Shown here: in pieces, positions 1 to 10,438 of the stretch
Layout of the letters: each line of letters opens with the position of its first letter
Position numbering within the stretch: the first letter of the stretch is position 1
Source of the DNA: Phoronis australis
Taxonomy: Eukaryota > Animalia > Phoronida
Direction of reading: 5' to 3'
DNA: 44,784 bases
Assembly (NCBI GenBank): GCA_002633005.1
Contig: NMRA01000252.1
Coordinates: 531,809-576,592 of the forward strand
Position numbers and translations under genes: made by a program
Notes under the pieces: model-generated
Databases searched by the model: none
What the model saw: only the letters and a program-made list of their open reading frames with translations
Told to the model about the DNA's origin: nothing

Positions 1-21
1 CACACACACACACACACACAC
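1..21. repeat. (CA)n microsatellite
   Basis: Direct reading. Confidence 0.95.
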
Positions 22-401
22 TGCCTCTAACAAGTTGTAAACACCTGGGTTTAGTTGTACAGTCAACCACACTTACTACGTACAGTCAAACCATCATCTT
101 CATTAAATACTTATTTTTTGTGAGAGGTCATTTAACAAGAGTGATATCTCCTTAATACACACTCACTTTACAGCTAACCTGTGATCAACAAATAAACAAA
201 CAAACCATTGGTAAATTCATAAGTTACTGAAAATTCTGCTTTGAATTCATGTTGTTTACTTGAGAATAGGAAATTCATGGAAATTTTTCTCGACAACTTT
301 TTTAATCAGCTTCACTTGGTTTATGTCAGTATCTTCTCACTTCTTCATACACTGTATAATCATCACAGTGTGTGCCTGTTGAACTTTACTTGTCTTTGCA
401 G

Positions 402-485
402 GTTGCCTTCTTTATTGGACTTGGTTGTAAGATGGTGCTGTGTGTTCAGAATATGCACGATAATGCAGTGGTTGGTGGTGAACAG
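402..485 (+). CDS. raw: raw/OLRN-1-like gene, exon E (VAFFIGLGCKMVLCVQNMHDNAVVGGEQ), misplaced in the scaffold
   Basis: tgtctttgcag| and |gtgatt, 84 nt, phase 0-0. AxxIGLGCxxVLCVQ is the raw-repeat segment that follows TRSLxSM and precedes DYNRGR. Confidence 0.8.
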
Positions 486-493
486 GTGATTGT

Positions 494-617
494 CTTGTGT
501 CCACTTGTGTCCACTTGGTACTCTTGTGTCCACTGGGTACTCTTGTGTCCACTGGGTACTCTTGTGTCCACTTGGTGCTCTTGTGTCCACTTGGTACTCT
601 TGTGTCCACTTGGTACT
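494..617. repeat. 19-bp minisatellite (tactcttgtgtccacttgg)
   Basis: About 6 copies ending at the single N at 618. The same unit resumes at 4055. Confidence 0.95.
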
Positions 618-618
618 N

Positions 619-826
619 CTGTCTAACCCATGTAACAAACACATGTTTAGTTTGACTGATGGGTAGCTGTCTAACCCATGTAACAAACACATGTTTAGTT
701 TGACTGATGGGTAGCTGTCTAACCCATGTAACAAACACATGTTTAGTTTGACTGATGGGTAGCTGTCTAACCCATGTAACAAACACATGTTTAGTTTGGC
801 TGATGGGTAGCTGTCTAACCCATGTA
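619..826. repeat. 48-bp minisatellite, about 4.3 copies
   Basis: ctgtctaacccatgtaacaaacacatgtttagtttgactgatgggtag repeated. Confidence 0.95.
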
Positions 827-1201
827 AGCCATGTCAATAATGGAGAGGAGTTTCTTTTCGATATTTTTTAAAGAAATATTGATTGTTCTGCCGTGGTGCG
901 TTTGAATACATTTCATTGTCAATTCTGTTTTGTATTGCCAATGTCCAATGACATAGATTTAATAAAATAAATAATGCAATATAGAAGATACACTATTGTA
1001 ATCATACTTTTATACATGCAAAATAACTCAATTTTTTCCCAATTCACCATTCAATGTGTGTTTCATCTACGGTATTCATCTTACGTAGTACCCTCACACA
1101 CCACCATGTGGCAGTAGGTGTCAATGACTTTACAGGGCTGGCTGCTGATGCCACGCATGTCTCGCATTTCTCTTGTTCAACACAATGGTGTAAATTTGCA
1201 G

Positions 1202-1315
1202 ATAAAAGTGGCATACAAAGAGGTCAAAGGTCATGAACCTTCACCTGGGGATGTTGATGCAGACAGTTACACATTTGCCCACTTCTGTGATCTGTGTGTT
1301 CGGCATTCAGTCAAG
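1202..1315 (+). CDS. raw: raw/OLRN-1-like gene, internal exon A (IKVAYKEVKGHEPSPGDVDADSYTFAHFCDLCVRHSVK)
   Basis: ttgcag| acceptor, |gtaag donor, 114 nt, phase 0-0, open frame; joins exon B in phase. An alternative in-frame acceptor exists at 1136. Confidence 0.7.
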
Positions 1316-1655
1316 GTAAGATACTCTTACGTGAACTGTACGTCTATTACAAATGCATTGGCGCCACCTAGCGGCTGCCTGGAAATAACCTGTGATGGAG
1401 TCCAGATACCCTTCACTTTGATCACTGGATTCTTTGTTCCTGGAGAAAAACCATAGTGAATCATAATGGAGTATTATGTTACTTTGGTTACAAAGGTTTT
1501 GAATGAAGAAGACTGATGTGGACGGTCACGTGTACACGGGTTAAATAGCTGGTCACATACTGAGTGTTGTGGCTGGGGTTCAAGGTCGTGTGATACGGGC
1601 GAGAAGGTTGAATTGTTTGTGTTTATATCTGAACTTGTGTGTCTTTGTTTTCCAG

Positions 1656-1707
1656 AAAGCATCATTTTTGGATAAATTCTTGCAAGCAGTGTGCAAGACA
1701 GTATCAG
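1656..1707 (+). CDS. raw: raw/OLRN-1-like gene, internal exon B (KASFLDKFLQAVCKTVS-G)
   Basis: Strong polypyrimidine acceptor gtctttgttttccag|, donor |gtaaac, 52 nt, phase 0-1, which links exons A and C in frame. Confidence 0.7.
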
Positions 1708-1723
1708 GTAAACTGTTTTACTC

Positions 1724-1846
1724 ATCTGCTCATGTAAACGTTCATAATCTGCTCATGTGAACGTTCATCATCTGCTCATGTGAATGTTCATAATCTGCTC
1801 ATGTGAATGTTCATAATCTGCATAAATATATGAATATTCATCATCT
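1724..1846. repeat. 23-bp minisatellite (atctgctcatgtgaacgttcata), about 5 copies
   Basis: Direct reading. Confidence 0.85.
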
Positions 1847-2062
1847 CACGTGGTGAAAGTGCACCTGGAAAACTGCATAATTTTAATTTTTCATTAGAGA
1901 ATTCAATGCATTTGATTTTAATAATTATATTTTCTCGATGAAAATTATGCATTTACAATTTTCAATAATTTTGACTTTATATTTTATCTCTCGCATACAT
2001 ACCTCCTGTACATTTTGTGTCCCGTCTTGTTGCGCCCCCTGTAGTCTTGTGCTATCTTACAG

Positions 2063-2165
2063 GTGTATTCCAAAGCTCTTCCAAGGTCACCAATCTTCTC
2101 TACCTGGGTGGCTGCAGATACGACAGCTCCACCTGGAGGCAGGCCATTGCCATTCCTATGTTGAA
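2063..2165 (+). CDS. raw: raw/OLRN-1-like gene, exon C (GVFQSSSKVTNLLYLGGCRYDSSTWRQAIAIPML-K)
   Basis: tcttacag| and |gtaaag, phase 1-2. LYLGG..STWR..IAIPML matches the recalled raw-repeat motif VFLGGSC..TTWRxxIAIPxL. Confidence 0.8.
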
Positions 2166-3028
2166 GTAAAGGTTCTTTTCTTGTTCGCAATTTGATTTCT
2201 GGTGTTGATTTTTATGTCGGCCATATTATGTATGTGGGCTCATTTTGAAGTTACCCTGCTCCGTACAGTGTCCACTGCTCTGTCTCCTTCATGGATCTTC
2301 TTGAAATTTGCATGTGATTTTTGAGGGGAATGCAGCTGGTGTGCATCCTATGTGAAATCTGACTACTGCAGAGTTCCCTAGTGGCAGTTTTGCATTTGCT
2401 TATATTTATTCCGAGATTGTGACGGATGCTCTTAAAACGAGGGTAAATAAACTACTATTACGTAGTGCGCAGCACCAGTCCTATTTCAAACGGATTTTGG
2501 TATGTTGCTTCCCCTGTTTTTTTTACGGTTTCTGTGTCTGTTATCTGTTTCCAAGCTCCGGTGAATCATGGCTTGTGTGTTCCAATTGAAGAGAGCATAT
2601 TGCTAACTTGCTTTGCACCCCTTAGATTCGATGTGCAGGTCACCAGCATTGTGAATGTTTGGATCACACTGACTAATCATATGTGATTTGAATTCATAAC
2701 TCAATGTCTGTTCATATTCTAATGGCTTCGACGTTTTGGTTTTGGTTTATCCAGAAGAAAACAAGATTACAAATAAGATATGAAATCATTATCCAAATAT
2801 TTGCTCCAAAACATTGATAATTTTCAATGGGAAGAAATTTTGTCATTTACAGCATGGAAAAATGCATCACTGTGTTTCAGACTGTTGGAAAATTGATATC
2901 TGTCGTCTGTATTGAAGACTGGGAGGACTTCTATTCATAAAATTATCAATGTCGTTTTGACTATTTTGTTTAATGTTTGTAACACCGTACATCATATTAT
3001 AAAGTAGACGTGTTCTCTTAAATTTCAG

Positions 3029-3179
3029 GGAGAACAACATCTCGTATGTCTTACCACCAGATGTCACTGGTAACCCTGAGGTGGGTGTTGTGAACGCGGA
3101 CCGCACTCAGAGGGATAACTGTAGCTTACTGCTGTATGTTATCAATGCTGCCACTAGGGGGCTTGCTACTATGTGTCAG
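3029..3179 (+). CDS. raw: raw/OLRN-1-like gene, exon D (ENNISYVLPPDVTGNPEVGVVNADRTQRDNCSLLLYVINAATRGLATMCQ)
   Basis: aatttcag| and |gtaag, phase 2-0. LLLYVINAATRGLATM matches the raw-repeat xLFVIxxxTRSxxSM segment. Confidence 0.8.
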
Positions 3180-3435
3180 GTAAGAGGGATGGCGGACGAC
3201 AAGAATGCTGTTTTGCGTAGTACACTGCAATCTGTACTCTGTACAGTTTAATGCCCTCTTGTAGCGACACACCATCCATAAATTTTAGAAATTTCACCTG
3301 ATAAATATCCATGTTTCGTTACACTGCCAGTTATGGTCAACCTACAATCATGGCCTTCAGTTACATAAAGCGTTCTGTTTTTGCCAGTGTTCATGTTTTG
3401 TGAGTGTTCACTGAACAAGAAGTTCATCTCCTTAA

Positions 3436-3498
3436 ACACACACACACACAAACACACACACAAACACACACACAAACACACACACAAACACACACACA
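3436..3498. repeat. (CA)n/(CACACACACAAA)n microsatellite running into an N gap
   Basis: Direct reading. Confidence 0.95.
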
Positions 3499-4054
3499 NN
3501 NNNNNNNNNNNNNNNNNNNNNNNNNNNNNNNNNNNNNNNNNNNNNNNNNNNNNNNNNNNNNNNNNNNNNNNNNNNNNNNNNNNNNNNNNNNNNNNNNNNN
3601 NNNNNNNNNNNNNNNNNNNNNNNNNNNNNNNNNNNNNNNNNNNNNNNNNNNNNNNNNNNNNNNNNNNNNNNNNNNNNNNNNNNNNNNNNNNNNNNNNNNN
3701 NNNNNNNNNNNNNNNNNNNNNNNNNNNNNNNNNNNNNNNNNNNNNNNNNNNNNNNNNNNNNNNNNNNNNNNNNNNNNNNNNNNNNNNNNNNNNNNNNNNN
3801 NNNNNNNNNNNNNNNNNNNNNNNNNNNNNNNNNNNNNNNNNNNNNNNNNNNNNNNNNNNNNNNNNNNNNNNNNNNNNNNNNNNNNNNNNNNNNNNNNNNN
3901 NNNNNNNNNNNNNNNNNNNNNNNNNNNNNNNNNNNNNNNNNNNNNNNNNNNNNNNNNNNNNNNNNNNNNNNNNNNNNNNNNNNNNNNNNNNNNNNNNNNN
4001 NNNNNNNNNNNNNNNNNNNNNNNNNNNNNNNNNNNNNNNNNNNNNNNNNNNNNN

Positions 4055-4140
4055 TACTCTTGTGTCCACTTGGTACTCTTGTGTCCACTGGGTATTCTTG
4101 TGTCCACTTGGTACTCTTGTGTCCACTTGGTACTCTTGTC
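4055..4140. repeat. 19-bp minisatellite, same unit as 494-617
   Basis: Direct reading; starts right after the N gap. Confidence 0.95.
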
Positions 4141-4843
4141 AGACATGATGTCCTCAGATAATTCAATACTGGACTAAATCTCCATGCCACTGTTTCATGC
4201 AATAAAATCCACATGTAACACGGAACATTTTGTTGGCCAATTGCAGGACTGTTTATCAAATGAAATACTGTAACAAAACTTGTTTAATATCCATTCCTTG
4301 TCCTTACCACTCTGAGAATCATTCAAGCAGTTTTTTGTATTTTTAGCAAATTTCATTTTCTTTGGGTATGCTTGCAGTAAGTCTATTCTGTTGATGTTTG
4401 TGCTTGCAGTGTTTATCAAGTAGTAAATCCGTCTATTTTCTAGTTAATTACTGAGGATTATTGATAGTCAGTTCAAATACAGTTGTTCAAAAGCAATAAA
4501 ACATTTTTTGCAAACTAAGATACAACAGTTCTGATTATATGTAACAAATAAATTTGCAAACATTAAGGAAAGAAATAGTAGTCTTCGATGTCACATGTGA
4601 CCAATCGTCATGTCTGAAAAGATCTCACTATTGACTGAGTTTCGAAACCATGACTTCCTGCTGACTGTATAGAAAACCAAGGTTAAGCCACGGTTGAGTC
4701 GGAGATTTTTTAGATTTGGCGTTACTGGTCACATGATGTGACCGAAATATGATGTGCGAGATGTCTAATAATCCTCATTTCTTACATCATATCAACATGC
4801 TGATGTATAACAGCACAATAATGTAATGCAAACATTATTTCAG

Positions 4844-4996
4844 CTGTCAACTCAGGCTGTCAGTGACTACAACAGGGGGCGTGTCTATCTGTCGGACCTT
4901 GCCGCTCGCGAGGATATTCCAATGTTTGATGACATCGCGCTGGCAGTAGACTGTGCAATTAGACTAATGAAGGAACAGCAATCTGGAGCAAGGTGA
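4844..4996 (+). CDS. raw: raw/OLRN-1-like gene, last coding exon (LSTQAVSDYNRGRVYLSDLAAREDIPMFDDIALAVDCAIRLMKEQQSGAR*)
   Basis: attatttcag| acceptor, phase 0, TGA at 4994-4996. DYNRGRxYLSDLAxRExIPxF is the characteristic C-terminus of raw-family repeats (recalled, not searched). Confidence 0.82.
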   Translation: MSTQAVSDYNRGRVYLSDLAAREDIPMFDDIALAVDCAIRLMKEQQSGAR

Positions 4997-7793
4997 TTGG
5001 GTGGACCAGTCATGTGATCTCAAAATGAAATTGTCTGTTAGTAGTGATGCTGCCCAAGTGGTCATGTGATCATAATGCTAGCAGATGGTTGGACGGACTT
5101 TTCGTCATTACCATATTGTTGTATTTACAACTGCCCTGTTGTGTTAGAACTGGTTTAGTGAATGCAAAATGCAGAGAATATTAGCCTCTTGACAAGTGTT
5201 TGGGTGGGACTTTCTCAGTTATCTCTAATTTAGGAATAGGCGAATTCCTGCTGGTGTCATTTATGGTTGTTAATCCAAAATTGTGTAGCCCATATTGGGT
5301 CACTGTCATTTGACTGCATAGTGTCATAGATCACATTCTGGGTAATTGTTGTCTGTTGTGATTGTGGATGGTGTGTATTGTATAAAATACAAACTATTGC
5401 ACAGCACTAGAGGTGTTCAATCTGGGCACAATAGTAGTTTTCACACTGTGTATGCAAGCAGTGTTCGCACTGTGTACAATAGTGGTGTTCACACCCCTCA
5501 GCATTGCGGTTGTTCACAGTTGAAAGTAGTCTCCAATAAACGATCCTCTGCAAATTTAAAGGGTTGAACCAGTTTGTGTTGAACCAGTGAATGATCATTA
5601 CCTTAAGCAAGTGGCCATGCTGTCTAGATCCTTCACTTACCCTGGTCTCACACAGCATGGCCAAAATTGGACAAAATTGCTCCTCAAATGTACACAAAGT
5701 GGGCTTATTTTTAAATCAAAATTTGTAGCTTTGTACAACATTGACAAAATTGTGTTTTCGTTTACAATCTGCCAGTACATGATAACAGGTTGGTTATGTA
5801 GGAGTCCTGCAGGTAGTGCTGGATGTGTTTAATCTCTTATTCATCGAAACGGGAGTATAGTTGGTATCTCTTGAATAAGTGTGCAATATGCAAATCAGTG
5901 GTATTCTCAGTTTGCAGAGAGTTGTATTCCAATACGCTGTGCTTTATTTGAGCCATAGTGTTGTTATAATATGGGACGCAATGTTTGTTTTTTGATTATT
6001 TTAAGATTGCTTTGTGACAATACTGTGATTGAGTTTTACATGTGTCTGTGTATTTGTGCTGGAGTTGTAGTGTTAGTGTGTCAGAAGGAGATAGGTTAGT
6101 TTAGTGTGCTGGAGTTGTAGTGTTACTGTGTTAGGAGATAGGTTAGTTGAGTGAGTTAAGCCTTGCGTTCATCAGATGTGGGCAGATTGAGAATTAGATT
6201 GGCTCAGGGTGGCTCGTGAAAATACCTTTTATAAATAGTAAGCGTCACATTCTTATGAATGAATGTTGTTGAGTGGATGATGGCTGAACGCCCAGAGGAT
6301 GGCTGACCTTTGACATCCTTCAAATGTTTGCCGTTACAGGCTGGGGTTGGTGAGTTTGATGTTTATGTTGGACATACATACACATTTGGCAGGTTGTTGG
6401 ATGAGTGTGCTGGCAGTCGCTTGGTGTTGTTGGATGAGTGTGCTGGCAGTCGCTTGGTGTTGATGGAGAGGTCAGCTATTCTGTTTAGGTGCGTGTTGTG
6501 AGTGTTGAATGAATGTTACAAACCAAACCATGATGCTAATCAATACTGTATACATCCACGCCTTGATAATGCAGCCTTGATAACGCAGCCTAAATTTTTC
6601 TAATTTTTCGCTAAAAGTCGCTCAATGTACTTAGTACGCACATTAGGATTGTAACAAAGACACTTTGCATACTGCGCACAGAACTTTTATATTAAGTAAC
6701 ATTGCTATTATCGAGTCAAACTTGTAGGATTATCGAGTCAGTTTTAGAAACACTGCACATTGGGTAGAATTTGTCTAAAGATGGCGATATCGAGAGACAT
6801 GTCAACTCAGACAGAAAGTGTGGTGGTAAGATTATGTCAGGGATTTGTGTGTTGTGACATTGTAGAGTGATGCAGTTGGTCACGGCATGCATCATGGGAA
6901 ATTTTCGACCTGTGTTGTTTGCACTGCTTGTTCTCTAGTTCGATAGAATTCTCAGTGATTCAAATTGTTTGTGTTCAGGTTGTTTTGACTCGTGAAAGAG
7001 CAAGATCAGGTAAAGTCGTGATCAATGAAAGTGATTGGTCAATGAGCTTGGAATGATGAATTTTGGGATAGATTTCATAAATTATGTAAAAGAATTCTGA
7101 ATCAGTTTTCGTTCTATAAACAAAACTTTCTTGCTGTGAGTGCCCGATGTTTTAGGACACAGCTGTCTGCCATGTTGTTTTAGATCAGCTGTCTAAGCAT
7201 TCCAGTTGCTTTGGATTAGCTGTCTAAGCAGCCCTGTTAAAATTGTCATTGATCTTAGACTTTTGAGATATAATTCACTTTTCATTGCACTTCTTGACGT
7301 TTACTTTCACTGTTTATAGCCGTCCATTTAAAGACGGAACATGTTTGTCAATTTTTGGAAAACTATGATTTGTGGACTCTATGTTTTATATAATTTTCAT
7401 TCCATATACATGTGAAGTTATCTCCTCCTGGGTAGCGGGACAAATTGGGTTTTCAGGAGTTATCTCCTCCTGGGTTAGATTACCTATTAATCGAAACACT
7501 TTCATGTTGTTTGCTTGTGAAATGCAATGTTTTCCAGAATGATTTGGCTGGTGAACTTGTTGGCATATAATGTGGATAAAGGTTACTGGGTGGCTTGCAT
7601 ATAAGTGAGTTTACCAAGCAAGTGATCACTCTCTAACAATTTCTTATCTGCAGTCACAGGGAGATCCCCCCGGACAAGTTGGCTGTTATGTGTAGTTACA
7701 GAGAGTATCCCCCTGAGACTAGACACCGACTTATGTAATGTTTAGACAACAGTATATACAGTGTAATTATGTTTGCTCATCAGTGTTCTATGT

Positions 7794-7799
7794 AATAAA
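7794..7799 (+). terminator. candidate distal poly(A) signal (AATAAA) of the raw-like gene
   Basis: AATAAA at the end of a long T/G-rich non-coding stretch after the stop codon. A more proximal AATAAA lies at 5535-5540. Confidence 0.45.
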
Positions 7800-7821
7800 A
7801 CTGTTATAAGTGGAATGACAC

Positions 7822-7827
7822 TTTATT
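7822..7827 (-). terminator. candidate poly(A) signal (AATAAA) of DAXX
   Basis: tttatt on + equals AATAAA on -, about 670 nt downstream of the DAXX stop. Confidence 0.5.
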
Positions 7828-7893
7828 GCTGGTTGACACAATTTCACCAAGTCACTCAAACCAACTCTTGGGACCATATGTAATTTTCATTAC

Positions 7894-8010
7894 ATGGCTA
7901 GACCAGCCTCACAATGGCCACTTATGGCTAGACGAGCCCACAATGGCCACTTATGGCTAGACCAGCCTAACAATGGCTCTTTAAGGCTAGACCAGCCCAA
8001 CAATGGCCAG
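7894..8010. repeat. about 30-bp tandem repeat (tggctagaccagcccacaatggccactta), 4 copies, in the presumed DAXX 3' UTR
   Basis: Direct reading. Confidence 0.85.
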
Positions 8011-8496
8011 TTTACCCAATAACAATACAAATTTGAACTAAACACCTGACAACACAAACAATATCATTTGTAAACAAAAGCCCTGCTACAACAATTGTAC
8101 ATGTATCTTTGAATGTATAACAATAAATTAAATTAAACTCTACTGAAAATAGGGTTCCTAAGATGGGGAGACAGATAAACTATGATATTATGTTGCCAGT
8201 CAAGCGCTGCATACAACCAATACATGATAACGCTTGTCTCCGGAAATTGAAGAAATTTGTTATCGCATCCTGGTGTTAATTGAAAAGTTATTTTGTTTGG
8301 AAGTTCCATGGTCAAACTAAGCCATTTGTTTTAAATCATTCACTTAACACACGACCAGTAAAGTAAAGGAAACAAATTAATTCTCATACAGGTGTCACTG
8401 AAATTAGTCATCAAAACAACTTGTATTTGGATTCCGCTTGAGTAGTTCTAATTTAAGAAAATTAAACAGAAATATACAACAGAGATGTAAAGTTGT

Positions 8497-8789
8497 TCAG
8501 TCAGAATCTGACAATACAACAATACTGTTGGAATCCTCAGTAACTGGTAGGTTACTAGAACTAATAATATTATCATCTTCACCAACAATGGGTGATGCTG
8601 ACTGGTACATCTTTGACACAAGTGAGGCTGAATGACCCCCTGACTTTGAATTATGACCTTTACCCTCAGGTGGCTGAAGTGGTGTGCTAATGGACGTGCC
8701 CTCTGTAGTAGACACGGTATGGTCACAGTCCAAACGGTTCACTGATTCCGATGGTCTATCAGTCTTACGCACCTCAGGGGAGTTAGTGC
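8497..8789 (-). CDS. DAXX: DAXX last coding exon ending in the SUMO-interacting motif IVVLSDSD*
   Basis: aattttag| acceptor, phase 1, TGA 8499-8497. The C-terminal IVVLSDSD is nearly identical to human IIVLSDSD. Confidence 0.93.
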
Positions 8790-9017
8790 CTAAAATTATC
8801 AATGACGAACTTTATAACCAAATTTTGACACAAATAAGCAATGTTGTCGACGACAACATTACAATGAGTCAATTGTTGGAATTGTGAATGAGAAGTGTAA
8901 ATATGAAACATGAACTGACTGCTTTGAGAAGCAGTGATGTCATCAAGCACCAATTTCAAGCAGTAGAACACGTCAGACGGACACAAATGATAATGTAACA
9001 CTGCCATAACTACTCAC

Positions 9018-9285
9018 CTATGATGGATTTCTGCTCCTTTTTATCTACGACAGTATTGTTATCACCCTCCTTAAGGACATCGTCATGGTCACCGTCAAGG
9101 TCATCGTCATGGTCACCATCAAGGTCATTGTTTTGGTCATTGTCAAGGTCATTGTCAAGGTCAAAGTCATCTTCTTGTGCTTCGCGATCCTCCTCCTCCT
9201 CATCATCATCATCATCATCATCATCCTCGTCAGGCTCTCCCTTCAGCTGCGCCTCGTATTGCTTGTTAGTGAATGTAGTCAGTAC
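9018..9285 (-). CDS. DAXX: DAXX coding exon 6, end of HBD and D/E-rich acidic tract
   Basis: tttcttgaag| and |gtgagt, phase 0-1. A poly-D/E tract follows the HBD as in other Daxx proteins. Confidence 0.88.
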
Positions 9286-9906
9286 CTTCAAGAAACAGCA
9301 GAATACTTCAGTCACTTGACAATCAGAATATTTCAGTAATCCAACTTATCCTTAACAAGCCAGTGATGACACGTACGCTTGCCATCAGTGGTCGTCTTAG
9401 TAACCATTCTTGCTTTGTTTTGATTAGACAATTGATTACGTTTTGAAAGTTGAAAGTTAAGTATGTAAAACAGATAATTGGAGGTGCTCTGGCAGATGTG
9501 TGCAAGTGACTCAGGTGGGCACATTGCAGTGAGCACGTTTAACCATTTTATGCCTTATTTAACATATGGTTAAAAAGAGCTGAGAAGCAACATTGTATAT
9601 TGGTTCCCGAGTTGAAACAAGCAGCATTGTGAACTCTTCCGGTGTCTTCTCTCTTATAAACTATCACCAATCAACCACTCACATGCTTCATTATAACTAG
9701 GCACCCTGGTAACCATTCCCTTACAATGTGTGTGTCCAAACTGGTTCACCTTCTCTCAGGTCTCTCTCTGTCCCATCACATCCAGCAGCTCCCTCCCTGC
9801 CCCATCTCAACCCCAGCCCCCTGTCACCCACAGCTCCCCCCCTGCCCCATCGCACCCCTACCTCCCTCTCTGCCCCATCTCACACCCAGGCTCCTGTCTG
9901 CCTCAC

Positions 9907-10114
9907 CTGGTTCATCTTCTCCTTAGCCTCCTCTTTATGCTTGTCCAGTGTCCTCTTCAGCTCACTATCGTACCACGCTGGATCATCACGCTCTTGGAAT
10001 CTCTCAGTCAGATGACTCCCAAAGTTCATAACAAAGTCTTTCTTCCTCCTCTCTTGCAACAAGTTGCCCAGCTCAGTGAATGCCTCCTTGGCCAAGTCCA
10101 CTACATGACTATGA
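9907..10114 (-). CDS. DAXX: DAXX coding exon 5 (HSHVVDLAKEAFTELGNLLQERRKKDFVMNFGSHLTERFQERDDPAWYDSELKRTLDKHKEEAKEKMNQ)
   Basis: ccgcag| and |gtgagg, phase 2-0. AF..G..LQERR..D...NFG.HLT....DPA..D..L matches the Daxx HBD, and the junction SLGLVHSHVVDLAKEAF aligns without gaps to SLGLPRQQLQLMAQDAF. Confidence 0.92.
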
Positions 10115-10438
10115 CTGCGGGTGACACAATATCTCTGTATGACTATGACTGTGGGTGACATAATATCTCTGTATGACTATGGGTGACACAATATCTCTGT
10201 ATGACTATGACTGTGGGTGACATAATATCTCTGTATGACTATGGTTGACACAATATCTCTGTATGACTATGACTGTGGGTGACACAATATCTCTGTATGA
10301 CTATGACTGTGTGACACAATATCTCTGTATGACTATGACTGTGCGACACAATATCTCTGTATGACTATGACTGTGTGACACAATATCTCTGTATGACTAT
10401 GACTGTGTGTGACACAATATCTCTGTATGACTATGACT
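10106..10438. repeat. 28-34-bp minisatellite (tgactatgactgtgggtgacacaatatctctgta), about 10 copies, overlapping the acceptor of DAXX exon 5
   Basis: Direct reading; unit lengths 34, 34, 28, 34, 28, 34, 32, 32, 32, 34. Confidence 0.95.

Noticed and set aside
363-837. 141-aa repetitive ORFs on the minus strand
   Set aside because: Translations of 48-bp and 19-bp minisatellites across a contig junction.
3248-4259. Long ORFs of 240-292 aa
   Set aside because: Almost entirely N gap.
10106-10438. CRISPR-like regular repeats (also 28878-29230 and 32717-32905)
   Set aside because: Head-to-tail units with no unique spacers, eukaryotic context, no cas genes.
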